64,000 nucleotides of DNA, from contig OY762721.1 of NCBI GenBank assembly GCA_963666345.1, forward strand, positions 2,432,001-2,496,000. Direction: 5' to 3'. This DNA is from Desulfatiglandales bacterium. GTDB lineage: Bacteria > Desulfobacterota > DSM-4660 > Desulfatiglandales > Desulfatiglandaceae. A model generated the notes under the pieces. It saw only the letters and a program-made list of their open reading frames with translations. It ran no database searches and was not told where the DNA came from. The stretch's first letter is position 1, and every line of letters starts with the position of its first letter. Made by a program: the position numbers and the translations under genes. This document shows, in pieces, positions 42,766-52,282 of this stretch.

Positions 42766-43716
42766 TCACGACCCTTTTATCCCCGGCCCTTTTTCTCCAC
42801 CTGCTAGCCTGAAGAACAGGCTCCAGGATTCCGGTTTGAAAGCTATAACAAGATCCGAGAACAACCTCGCCCAGTTAAAATTGGATCCCACCCAGCGGAC
42901 AAGATGCAGATAGCAGCACCTCCTTTTATAAGGGCTCAGCGGGACACGTTTGACGCATCTTGCATACTCGATCAGAATTTTCCAGTGTGGGAAAACCCTC
43001 TTATCCGGGATATCCGGATCAAACCAGGCGGCACGCAAGTGGTGGGCAGGCATTGCCCTGATGGAGCGCTCAGGGTGATCTCTTGAAAAAAACAGGTAAT
43101 CAGGGATTTCATGAAATTTTCCGATCAGACCCAACTCCGCCCTCAGGACCCTGTCCGAGGCTATGAAGCTTGAAATGAGATGCGTTTTTTCAAGGGCTTT
43201 CGTGCGGATCAGCCCGAAGACCTCAAAGCAGCTCATATCATCTATAACAAGATCCCGGAAACGATCCTGGGGCTTTGGTGAATCCACATGAACCGCGTTT
43301 GCGCGAAGGCTGCCCCGGATTTTTCCGGATTCATCAATAATCCTGCCCCTTGCATAACAAAGGACCACCGAAGGCTCCCGGTTGAGGACGGCAACGCAAT
43401 TTGCCAGGAAATCCGGGGCCATCATATCATCGTGAGCCGCCCACTTAAAGTATTCGCCTGAAGAAAGATGAAAAACGCGGTTGAAGTTTTTTGCCGCGCC
43501 CAGGTTTTTTTTGTTACGAAAGTACTTTATCCGGCGGTCCAGAGCCTGGTAATGCCTGCAGATTTCCCTGGTCCTGTCGGTCGAGGCATTATCGGAAATG
43601 ATCACCTCGAAGTCCGTATATGTCTGGGCAAGGATCGAATCAAGCGCATATTTTATGTACCTTTCGCCATTGAAGACCGGCAGGCCGATACTAACGAACT
43701 GGCTAAGCTTTTTCAT
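42766..43716 (-). CDS. Glycosyltransferase family 2
   Basis: VSIGLPVFNGE, ISDNASTD, YFKWAAHDD. Confidence 0.9.
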   Translation of the reverse strand: MKKLSQFVSIGLPVFNGERYIKYALDSILAQTYTDFEVIISDNASTDRTREICRHYQALDRRIKYFRNKKNLGAAKNFNRVFHLSSGEYFKWAAHDDMMAPDFLANCVAVLNREPSVVLCYARGRIIDESGKIRGSLRANAVHVDSPKPQDRFRDLVIDDMSCFEVFGLIRTKALEKTHLISSFIASDRVLRAELGLIGKFHEIPDYLFFSRDHPERSIRAMPAHHLRAAWFDPDIPDKRVFPHWKILIEYARCVKRVPLSPYKRRCCYLHLVRWVGSNFNWARLFSDLVIAFKPESWSLFFRLAGGEKGPGIKGS

Positions 43717-43799
43717 CTGGTTCTTCTCCAACTTAGTTGTCGAAGAGGGTCCAAGGAGTCAAGGATTCAAGGCCCGCCCTGTCGCGACTCTGTGATAAC

Positions 43800-44240
43800 T
43801 TAACTTATAGGCCAAGCTTCACAATGCTGACAGTTTATTGACGATACAGTAAAATTAATCGGTCTGGGCCAGGGGTTCAAGGGCTTTCTTTCCAGGGATT
43901 TGATCATCGCTTTGAACATTGCCCCGACATCCCCTATTTCCCTTCTTAATCTCTGAAGCCGCTCTTCTTTCAAATAATCCAAGTCAGCTGATATCATGTC
44001 CCGGGTTTCAAATTCACAGTCTGAACCATATGCAATAAAGAAAAATTGCATATACTCTATAGCCATTTTTCTCCCATACCCTTAGGCGGTATCCCTTGAT
44101 ATGAAAACAGCGGATCTTCTGATTCGGGAGGTAAAATAGTATTGCCCATCATTAAAAAGACGTTTCGTTTCTTTATACATATGCAAACAAGGTGTATACG
44201 ATTTTTGCCAAACGTTTAACTACCTATGATCTTTAAGCTT
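43800..44240 (-). pseudogene. Four helix bundle (23S rRNA IVP-like) pseudogene
   Basis: KLKDHR*LNVWQKSY...TSRIRRSAV...TA*GYGRK...IAYGSDCEFET...MIKSLERKPLNP; start codon lost and two in-frame stops. Confidence 0.8.
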
Positions 44241-44382
44241 TTCACTCGAACCCGCGGACCCTTGACCCCTCGAAACCTTCATTTAGACCAACTCTTTTGG
44301 AGATGGTCCTTTCATCTTTATTGTTTGCTTTTTAATGTATTTTTTAAAAAGAAATGAGTATACCTGTAAGAGTTTCCCAAAT

Positions 44383-46587
44383 CTATGGTTTTTTCAAAAC
44401 ATTGGGGTTTCTCGACCCTTTGTTTATAAGTCTCAGGACAAACTCAAGGTTCTCAAGGGCCTTTCTGTATCCCGGCCTTATTTTTGCCGCCTCTGAAAAA
44501 TGCGAAATGGCGCCCTTGAAGTCTCTCCGCTGGGCCAGGGCGATCCCGAGCGTATTATGAAATTCCGCGTCTGCCGGTTTCAGCCTCACCGCCTCTTTAA
44601 GATGCCTCACGGCATCATCGATCCTGCCCTGCCTCCTGAAGGTGCTTCCCAGGTTGTAATGAGCCCTCACATAATCGGGTCTGATGCGCAGGGCCTCTGA
44701 GTAATGCCGGATTGCCTCTTTTGCATTCCCCTGCATATCGAGTGCTATTGCGAGGTTGTTGTGGAATTCCGCGTTTAATGGTTCTATTTTTACCGCCTCT
44801 GAAAAATGCGAAATTGCCTCTTTGATCTTTCCCTGCCTTGCCAGGCCAATTCCAAGATCTTTGTGATATTCTGCGTTAACAGGATCGATCTGTACGGCTT
44901 TGAAGAGATGCCGGATGGCCTCCTCCAGTCTTGCCTGGCGTTTCAGGGCATTTCCCAGGTTATTGTGCACTTTCGCAAGTCCTGGTTTTATCCTCAGGGC
45001 CTCTGAGTAATGCCGGGTTGCCTCCTCCGCGTTTCCCTGCATATCGAGTGCTATTGCGAGGTTGTTGTGAAATTCCGCGTCTGCCGGTTTAATATTGAGC
45101 GCTTCCAGGTAATGTCGGACGGCGTCATCGGGCCTTCCAAGTTTTGCAAAGGCGTTTCCCAGGTTGTTATGAGCGTCCTCATTGCCCGGCCTTATGCGAA
45201 TGGTCTCTGAAAAATGATTGGCCGCCTCCTTGAAGTTACCCTTGCGGAGGAGAAAGCTTCCAAGATTGTAGTGCGCGAGCCAGTTGTCGTTTGTTACCTT
45301 AATGGCCCTGCCAAAGAGGCTAAGGCTGTTTTCCCAGTAGCCCGCCTGCACGAATGAGGAAATCGAGAGCCAGATGAGCATCATAGTTGTGGATATGCAG
45401 AGGACGACTGTCCGGTAGCGCAGCCTTGCCAGAAGATCAGGTACCCCCCATGCAATTATGATAAAAAGACCGATGAGCGGGATATAAGTGTACCTGTCGG
45501 CAATAATCTGCGGTCCTATGTTGAACAATCTGATTACCGGGATTAGGGTCACAATGTACCAGAGCCATCCTACTATAAAATAGGGTCTTTTTCGTGCCTG
45601 GAAGATCGCGAGCACCGAGATGAAAATAAACAGCACAGCGGCACCGGCCGCCTGCCAGGAAGGAATCACCTCTGGATATGGATATGTGACGGCCAGTTTA
45701 TAGGGCCAGAACATCTTTCCTATATAACTCAGATAGGATAACGGTACCCTTACGATGTTATCCCACTCGGGCATTATACTTGAAAGCCGCATGGTAAATG
45801 CCTGAACCGAGAGCATGGCTGAAACCGCCAAAATGGCGGACACGCCCAAAAGGATGAATAAGAGAAGCTTTTCCGCGATCAGCCTGGGTAAGGAAAAGCG
45901 CTTAAACCCGGAAGAGGGAAATTTGCTCTTTTCCAGGTCTTTTTTCCCATCCGTACTCCCCTGCCTTACGCGGTTAAGCGGCCAGTAGTCCATCAGGAAA
46001 AAGACAACAGGGAGCGTCACCACCATGGATTTTGACATGATGCCTGCTGCAAAGAAAAAGAGCACAAGGATATACTTTGAAATCGCCGGACGCCGGCAAT
46101 AAAAGGCATAAGTCCACATGGTGAGCATCCAGAAAAGGGCGCTCAGAACATCCTTGCGGCTCGCAACCCAGGCGACCGGTTCCACATGCAGAGGATGAAT
46201 CGCGAACAGGGCCGCAACAACGGCGCTCCGTAAAACTGCTCCTGTCATAAACCTTAGGACGGAAAACAGCAGCAGGACATTCAGCAGGTGGAGAATCAGG
46301 CTGGTCATGTGATGGCAGCCGGGGTTTAATCCGAACAGGGCGCAGTCGGTCATATGGCTTAGCCATGTCAGGGGATGCCAGTGCCCGTCAAGAATAGTGG
46401 TAAAGGCCCAGATAAGGCCTTCGGCGGTCCATCCGGAAGTGACAAAAGGGTTTTCGGTCACGTAGATATTGTCGTCAAAGTTGACGAAATCGTGAGTGCG
46501 AACTTTCCAGAAGACCGCAAGGGTGATAATGACCAAAAAGAGGCTGATAATGATTTCAGAACGGTATTTTTTCATGATCGAGGCCAT
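44383..46587 (-). CDS. Membrane GT-C-like protein with C-terminal TPR array (TMTC-like)
   Basis: FVNFDDNIYV, WHPLTWLSH, LFAIHPLHVEPVAWVASRKDVL, ADRYTYIP, followed by about 8 TPRs. Confidence 0.85.
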   Translation of the reverse strand: MASIMKKYRSEIIISLFLVIITLAVFWKVRTHDFVNFDDNIYVTENPFVTSGWTAEGLIWAFTTILDGHWHPLTWLSHMTDCALFGLNPGCHHMTSLILHLLNVLLLFSVLRFMTGAVLRSAVVAALFAIHPLHVEPVAWVASRKDVLSALFWMLTMWTYAFYCRRPAISKYILVLFFFAAGIMSKSMVVTLPVVFFLMDYWPLNRVRQGSTDGKKDLEKSKFPSSGFKRFSLPRLIAEKLLLFILLGVSAILAVSAMLSVQAFTMRLSSIMPEWDNIVRVPLSYLSYIGKMFWPYKLAVTYPYPEVIPSWQAAGAAVLFIFISVLAIFQARKRPYFIVGWLWYIVTLIPVIRLFNIGPQIIADRYTYIPLIGLFIIIAWGVPDLLARLRYRTVVLCISTTMMLIWLSISSFVQAGYWENSLSLFGRAIKVTNDNWLAHYNLGSFLLRKGNFKEAANHFSETIRIRPGNEDAHNNLGNAFAKLGRPDDAVRHYLEALNIKPADAEFHNNLAIALDMQGNAEEATRHYSEALRIKPGLAKVHNNLGNALKRQARLEEAIRHLFKAVQIDPVNAEYHKDLGIGLARQGKIKEAISHFSEAVKIEPLNAEFHNNLAIALDMQGNAKEAIRHYSEALRIRPDYVRAHYNLGSTFRRQGRIDDAVRHLKEAVRLKPADAEFHNTLGIALAQRRDFKGAISHFSEAAKIRPGYRKALENLEFVLRLINKGSRNPNVLKKP

Positions 46588-46720
46588 TTGATCCGGCTAT
46601 ACGCCAGGGTTTTCTGATGATGCTTTTATTAGAATTATGCCTTATTTTTAAAGGTCTTTCTACCTTGGAGGCGGCACAGCGGTTGTGGGAAAAACGGATG
46701 GTCAAACTTTTCTGCAAATG

Positions 46721-46751
46721 AAAAGGCAGTGCCGATTGCAGCACCGCCTTT
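46721..46751 (-). terminator. Intrinsic terminator of ELWxxDGT gene (second copy at about 48528-48559)
   Basis: Minus strand AAAGGCGGTGC-TGCAATCG-GCACTGCCTTTT. Confidence 0.65.
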
Positions 46752-46775
46752 GTCTCTATATGTCTTAATCGCTGT

Positions 46776-48164
46776 CTATGGAGTGCTCTTTTTTATAAAG
46801 GCTGGTAGGAATATCTCCCAGGGAAATTCATCAGCTAAACTATATTTCCACAATTGATTGCCTGTTCCATATTGGGGTGAAAAGAAGAGCGTCCCGTTCA
46901 CATCGGTAAGGTATGAGGGATTACTGCCTTCAGTACCTGGTACTATGTCCTTTACCAATGTGGTTGAGGCCTCATCATATGCGGGGCCTTCACACTGCCA
47001 GAGCTCAGATCCGTTAGTGCCGTCATTTGCTTCGAAGAAAAGTGTGCCGTTTACATCGGTAAGGTAACTGGGATAACTATCTCCGCTGGTGTTTATATCC
47101 TTGACCATAGTGGCATCAGTATAGGGGCTTTCACTTTTCCAGAGTTCATAGCCGTTAGTACCGTCATCTGCTCTGAAGAAGAGTGTCCCGTTTACATCGG
47201 TAAGGTAACTGGGATAACTATTTCCGCTGGTGTTTATATCCTTGACCATAGAGGCATCAGTGTACGGGCTTTCACATTTCCAGAGTTCATAGCCGTTAGT
47301 GCCGTCATTTGCCTCGAAGAAAAGCGTGCCGTTTACATCGGTAAGGGAATTGGGAGAACTATTTCCGCTGGTGTTTATATCCTTGACCATAGAGGCATCA
47401 GTGTACGGGCTTTCACATTTCCAGAGTTCATAGCCGTTAGCGCCGTCATTTGCGTTGAAGAAAAGTGTGCCGTTGACAGCGGTAAGGTAAGTGAGATTAC
47501 TATTTCCGCTTGTGTTTATATCCTTGACCATAGAGGCATCGGTGTACGGGCTTTCACACTTCCAGAGTTCATAGCCGTTAGTGCCGTCATCTGCCTGGAA
47601 GAAGAGGGTGCCGTTTACATCGGTAAGGTTACTGGGATAACTATCTCCGCTGGTGTTTATGTCCTTGACCATAGAGGCATCGGTGTACGGGCTTTCGCAT
47701 TTCCAGAGTTCATAGCCGTTAGTGCCGTTGTCTGAGCTGAAGAGGAGCGTACCGTTTACATCGGCAAGGGAAGTGGGATGACTACTTCCGCTGGTGTTTA
47801 TATCCTTGACCATAGAGGCATCGGTGTACGGGCTTTCGCATTTCCAGAGTTCATAGCCGTTAGTGAAGTCATTTGCGTCGAAGAAAAGCGTGCCGTTGAC
47901 ATCGGTAAGATCGTCGGGAGAACTACTACCGCTTGTGTTTATATCCTTGACCATTACGGTGCCGCTCTCAGTCCCGTTGCTTTTCCACAACTCGTTACCG
48001 TATGAAGTTTCATTGTCGCCTCCGGTAAAGAAAAGGGTCCCGTCAACAGCGGTCAAGTTATAAGGGAATATCTCCTTGACCGGCACAGGTTCAGCCGTAT
48101 AAGCGGTCGCGGCGGATATGACAATAATCAGACCGGTTAAAAGACTTGAAATGGGTATTCGCAT
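46776..48164 (-). CDS. ELWxxDGT-type repeat surface protein, copy A
   Basis: Signal peptide; 47-aa repeats KDINTSG.S.P..LTDVNGTLFF.A.DGTNGYELWKCESPYTDASMV; C-terminal FPWEIFLPAFIKK. Confidence 0.9.
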   Translation of the reverse strand: MRIPISSLLTGLIIVISAATAYTAEPVPVKEIFPYNLTAVDGTLFFTGGDNETSYGNELWKSNGTESGTVMVKDINTSGSSSPDDLTDVNGTLFFDANDFTNGYELWKCESPYTDASMVKDINTSGSSHPTSLADVNGTLLFSSDNGTNGYELWKCESPYTDASMVKDINTSGDSYPSNLTDVNGTLFFQADDGTNGYELWKCESPYTDASMVKDINTSGNSNLTYLTAVNGTLFFNANDGANGYELWKCESPYTDASMVKDINTSGNSSPNSLTDVNGTLFFEANDGTNGYELWKCESPYTDASMVKDINTSGNSYPSYLTDVNGTLFFRADDGTNGYELWKSESPYTDATMVKDINTSGDSYPSYLTDVNGTLFFEANDGTNGSELWQCEGPAYDEASTTLVKDIVPGTEGSNPSYLTDVNGTLFFSPQYGTGNQLWKYSLADEFPWEIFLPAFIKKSTP

Positions 48165-48332
48165 TCCCGAGCCTCCTTATCATGATTACAAAGTAGGGTT
48201 CATTCAAACGAGCAGCCCTCAACCCCATTGACGTAAGATTTGAGAATATTATTTGAAAAATTTATCGAAGGGTCAGGCACATTTGGTACTTTCAGCGAAT
48301 AAATCATAAATGAAATGAGCATATTCTGTCAA

Positions 48333-48491
48333 TCAGGAAACAGATCGTCTGTCAGGCGTGTGCTGCTTTTTGAGGTCGACTATCCTGTTATAGAGCCAGC
48401 CGATGAACGCCCCTCCCAGGGTTCCCAAGGCGAAACCGTAGAAAAATCCGATAAAGCTGCCGACAAAGCTGACCCTGTAGCCTATGAAATA
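48333..48491 (-). pseudogene. Truncated 3' copy of the small membrane protein gene
   Basis: YFIGYRVSFVGSFIGFF...RRSVS* matches the 3' half of 50145-50486; the 5' half is missing at the duplication junction. Confidence 0.85.
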
Positions 48492-48582
48492 GTGGGAAAG
48501 GGGAATGGTCAAACTTTTCTGCAAATGAAAAGGCAGTGCCGATTGCAGCACCGCCTTTGTCTCTATATGCCTTAATCGCTGT

Positions 48583-49974
48583 CTATGGAGTGCTCTTTTT
48601 TATAAAGGCTGGTAGGAATATCTCCCAGGGAAATTCATCAGCTAAACTATATTTCCACAACTTATTGCCTGTTCCATAATTGGGTGAAAAGAAGAGCGTC
48701 CCGTTCACATCGGTAAGGTATGAGGGATTACTGCCTCCAGTACCTGTTACTATGTCCTTTACCAATGTGGTTGAGGCCTCATCATATGCGGGGCCTTCAC
48801 ACTGCCAGAGTTCAGACCCGTTAGTGCCGTCATCTGCCTCAAAACAAAGTGTTCCGTTGACATCGGTAAGGTAGTAGGGATAACTACTGCTGCTTCCGGA
48901 GTAGATATCCTTGACCATAGAGGCATCGGTATAGGGACTTTCACTTTTCCAGAGCTCATAGCCGTTAGTGCCGTCATCTGCTCTGAAGAAGAGGGTGCCG
49001 TTGACATCGGTAAGGTTACTGGGAGAACTATTTCCGCTGGTGTTTATATCCTTGACCATAGAGGCATCAGTGTACGGGCTTTCACATTTCCAGAGTTCAT
49101 AGCCGTTAGCGCCGTCATTTGCGTTGAAGAAAAGTGTGCCGTTGACAGCGTTAAGGTAGCTGGGCGAACTACTGCCGCTGGTGTTTATATCCTTGACCAT
49201 AGAGGCATCGGTGTACGGGCTTTCACTTTTCCAGAGTTCATAGCCGTTAGCGCCGTCATTTGCCTTGAAGAAGAGCGTGCCGTTTACGTTGGTAAAGTAG
49301 TCGGGATAACTATCTCCGCTTGTGTTTATATCCTTGACCATAGAGGCATCGGTATACGGGCTTTCACTTTTCCAGAGTTCATAGCCGTTAGTGCCGTCAT
49401 CTGCTCTGAAGAAAAGGGTGCCGTTGACATCGGTAAGATTGTAGGGATAACTACTCCCGCTGGTGTTTATGTCCTTGACCATAGTAGCATCAGTATAGGG
49501 GCTCACACATTTCCAGAGCTCATCCCCGTTAGTGCCGTCATCTGCCTTGAAGAAGAGCGTCCCGTTTACGTTGGTAAGGTAGTCGGGAGAACTACTCCCG
49601 CTGGTGTTTATGTCCTTGACCATAGTGGCATCAGTATAGGGGCTCACACATTTCCAGAGTTCATAACCGTTAGTGCCGTCATTTGCATGGAAGAAAAGTG
49701 TGCCGTTGACATCGGCAAGGTAGCCGGGATAACTACTCCCGCTGGTGTTTATGTCCTTGACCATTACGGTGCCGCTCTCAGTCCCGTTGCTTTTCCACAG
49801 CTCGTTACCGTATGAAGTTTCATAGTTGCCTCCGGTAAAGAAAAGGGTCCCGTCAACAGCGGTCAAGTCATAAGGGTATATCTCCTTGACCAGCACAGGT
49901 TCAGCCGTATAAGCGGTCGCGGCGGATATGACAATAATCAGACCGGTTAAAAGACTTGAAATGGGTATTCGCAT
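48583..49974 (-). CDS. ELWxxDGT-type repeat surface protein, copy B
   Basis: Same termini as copy A, with different residues at the variable repeat positions. Confidence 0.9.
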   Translation of the reverse strand: MRIPISSLLTGLIIVISAATAYTAEPVLVKEIYPYDLTAVDGTLFFTGGNYETSYGNELWKSNGTESGTVMVKDINTSGSSYPGYLADVNGTLFFHANDGTNGYELWKCVSPYTDATMVKDINTSGSSSPDYLTNVNGTLFFKADDGTNGDELWKCVSPYTDATMVKDINTSGSSYPYNLTDVNGTLFFRADDGTNGYELWKSESPYTDASMVKDINTSGDSYPDYFTNVNGTLFFKANDGANGYELWKSESPYTDASMVKDINTSGSSSPSYLNAVNGTLFFNANDGANGYELWKCESPYTDASMVKDINTSGNSSPSNLTDVNGTLFFRADDGTNGYELWKSESPYTDASMVKDIYSGSSSSYPYYLTDVNGTLCFEADDGTNGSELWQCEGPAYDEASTTLVKDIVTGTGGSNPSYLTDVNGTLFFSPNYGTGNKLWKYSLADEFPWEIFLPAFIKKSTP

Positions 49975-50144
49975 TCCCGAGCCTCCTTATCATGATTACA
50001 AGGTAGGGTTCATTCAAAAGAGCAGCCCTCAACCCCATTGACGTAAGATTTGAGAATATTATTTAAAAAAATTTATCGAAGGGGTCAGGCACATTTGGCA
50101 CTTTCAGCGAATAAATCATAAATGAAATGAGCATATTCTGTCAA

Positions 50145-50486
50145 TCAGGAAACAGATCGTCTGTCAGGCGTGTGCTGCTTTTTGAGGTCGACGATCCTGT
50201 TATAGAGCCAGCCGATGAACGCCCCTCCCAGGGTTCCCAAGGCGAAACCGTAGAAAAATCCGATAAAGCTGCCGACAAAGCTGACCCTGTAGCCTATGAA
50301 GTACTGACTAAGCAGTCCCAGATGAGGGCCTACAGGTTCACCCCCCTTGATTACGAGCCAATTTGTGGCCGCAAATATGGCGAATCCGCACAGGAGCCCC
50401 AGAACCAGGCCAAGGGCCTTGGCATTAAACCTTAGAACGCCGCTGAACAGTTTCTCTTCTTCCCGCGCATTTCCATTTTTTTCCAT
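50145..50486 (-). CDS. Small membrane protein, homologous to the C-terminal domain of the upstream oxidoreductase
   Basis: Two hydrophobic segments around WLVIKGGEPVGPHLGLLSQYFIGY; AGGAGG RBS before ATG 50486. Confidence 0.8.
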   Translation of the reverse strand: MEKNGNAREEEKLFSGVLRFNAKALGLVLGLLCGFAIFAATNWLVIKGGEPVGPHLGLLSQYFIGYRVSFVGSFIGFFYGFALGTLGGAFIGWLYNRIVDLKKQHTPDRRSVS

Positions 50487-50515
50487 CTTAAGGCCTCCTG
50501 ACATTGTAAGCCGGT

Positions 50516-52282
50516 CTAGAAATGATCAAAGAAATCTTTAATGGATAAAAGTTCCGCCTTCCTTTTAACCCGATAGATGAAAAAGGCAAGAAACAGGTTC
50601 CTGAGATATGCAAACAGCCAGCCGAACAAGAACCCCCACAGGAACCCGTAGCCGGAGGCGATGAATGCCCCTTTTGCCGTCACTGTGTAGCCTATGAAAT
50701 ACTGGGAAAGAAGCCGTAAATTGGGGCCGACAACGTCACCCCCTTTTATAACCAGCCATATGGTTGCCATAAAAAAAAGCAGCCCTGAGAAAGACCCCGA
50801 AGCAATGGCAAAGGCCGGATTATCTATCCTTGCAAATGTCCTGGCGAGGATTTTTTCGGCTGAACGCGTTTGAGCTTCGGTTTTCTTGCCCTTCTCGACA
50901 TATTCATGATCGTCCGTCACATCCCACAGGTCATGCTTTCCCCCGAAGATGTTTTCCACTGCCAGCATTCCTGTGAGCATGGAGTGGTCCATGTTATTAT
51001 AGCGGTGCATTCCGTTACGGCCGATGGTCTGAAGATTTTTGACGGTTTTAAGAAAGGTTCGAATAATCCGAACCTGTTCATTATACCCTTGGTCATAAAT
51101 CGGATATGCGTTCGGCTGGCGCAGCACAATACCGTCTTCTACCTCTCCGTTATCGGCAAGACCCAGTTTTGTGAGTTCCAGAGATGCGAGTTCAAGTAAC
51201 TGAGAATCTGTCATTGTCCAGGTACTGTCCCCTCTGGAGCAGAAATACTCCATGCCTATGCTTGTCTTATCGGGATCGGGGACCATGGCATCGCTCCAGT
51301 TCTTGAAGTTCTGTATCCGGCCCACTTGCACGTCGGGACTGTGTACGTATATCCACTGGTCAGGAAACATGTCACGCCTGTTTATTATGAGCCCCACGAT
51401 AATGAAGGACCTGTACGTGAGATGGGAACCCGCCTCAAGGACCTCATCCGGGATTGCCGGCTCAAAAAGCCCCGTAAGTTCAGGAAGCGGGATGCTGGAG
51501 ATGAGACTGCCAACCGGCATTTCTACATGCCTTCCGCCGTTCAGAAAGATGACGCTTGTTATAAGGCCGTTTTCATGCCTCAGTTTAACGGCCTTTGAAT
51601 CAAGCCTGATTTCTCCCCCGCCCGCCTGTACAGCCTCCTTAAAACTATCCCACATCATTCCCGACCCATTTCCGGGATACAAGAATTCATCGGTGAGGGA
51701 CCTGTGCCTTTGGCTTCCGAAAAGGGCATTGGACAGGGCTGCTATGAGCGACAGTTTCCTTATGCGCTGTGCGGCCCAGGCGGCATCTATCCTGTCACAG
51801 GGTATGCCCCACACCTTTTCCGTATAAGCCTGAAAAAACATTTTGTGGAGTCGTGAACCGAAGCGGTTGGTGACCCATTGTTCAAAGGTCCTTTCTTCCC
51901 TGCAGGGCCGGACCTGTGCTCTGAAGTAGCTCAAAAGGATAAGGGAACTCTCAATCAATCCCAGGTTCATGAAGGTATTAAGAAAATCAAGCGGGTAATT
52001 GAAAAGGCGGCCGTTGAAATTTATGCGGGAAAGTCTTGGGACCTTTATGAAATTATCGGGGAGGATTTCTTCCCAGAGCCGTTGCACACTGTCAAGCCTT
52101 GTGAAGAAACGGTGGCCGCCGATATCAAAACGATAACCTTTGTATGTCTCTGTCCTGGACAGACCTCCCACTTTGTCTGTTTTCTCCAGCACAAGGGGGC
52201 GGATGCCTCTTACGACCAGTTCATGGGCTGCCGCAAGACCCGCTGGACCGGCGCCGAGGATGACCACAGGTTCCCTTACCAT
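50516..52282 (-). CDS. FAD-dependent oxidoreductase (UDP-galactopyranose mutase/protoporphyrinogen oxidase-like) with C-terminal membrane domain
   Basis: ILGAGPAGLAAA, VGGLSRT...FDIGGHRFF, YTEKVWG, GRNGMHRYNNMDHSM. Confidence 0.88.
   Translation of the reverse strand: MVREPVVILGAGPAGLAAAHELVVRGIRPLVLEKTDKVGGLSRTETYKGYRFDIGGHRFFTRLDSVQRLWEEILPDNFIKVPRLSRINFNGRLFNYPLDFLNTFMNLGLIESSLILLSYFRAQVRPCREERTFEQWVTNRFGSRLHKMFFQAYTEKVWGIPCDRIDAAWAAQRIRKLSLIAALSNALFGSQRHRSLTDEFLYPGNGSGMMWDSFKEAVQAGGGEIRLDSKAVKLRHENGLITSVIFLNGGRHVEMPVGSLISSIPLPELTGLFEPAIPDEVLEAGSHLTYRSFIIVGLIINRRDMFPDQWIYVHSPDVQVGRIQNFKNWSDAMVPDPDKTSIGMEYFCSRGDSTWTMTDSQLLELASLELTKLGLADNGEVEDGIVLRQPNAYPIYDQGYNEQVRIIRTFLKTVKNLQTIGRNGMHRYNNMDHSMLTGMLAVENIFGGKHDLWDVTDDHEYVEKGKKTEAQTRSAEKILARTFARIDNPAFAIASGSFSGLLFFMATIWLVIKGGDVVGPNLRLLSQYFIGYTVTAKGAFIASGYGFLWGFLFGWLFAYLRNLFLAFFIYRVKRKAELLSIKDFFDHF

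Larger units (their letters stand above)
46685..50300. repeat. Tandem duplication of an approximately 1.8-kb unit (46685-48491 and 48492-50300)
   Basis: Terminator, gene ends, upstream region and 3' half of the small membrane gene are almost identical between the units. Confidence 0.92.

Noticed and set aside
46776..49974. Diversity-generating retroelement, because variable codons are mostly NNY types reachable from AAY
   Set aside because: No reverse transcriptase, Avd or non-coding template repeat in the window; many adenines in the repeats are invariant and third positions vary at non-A bases.
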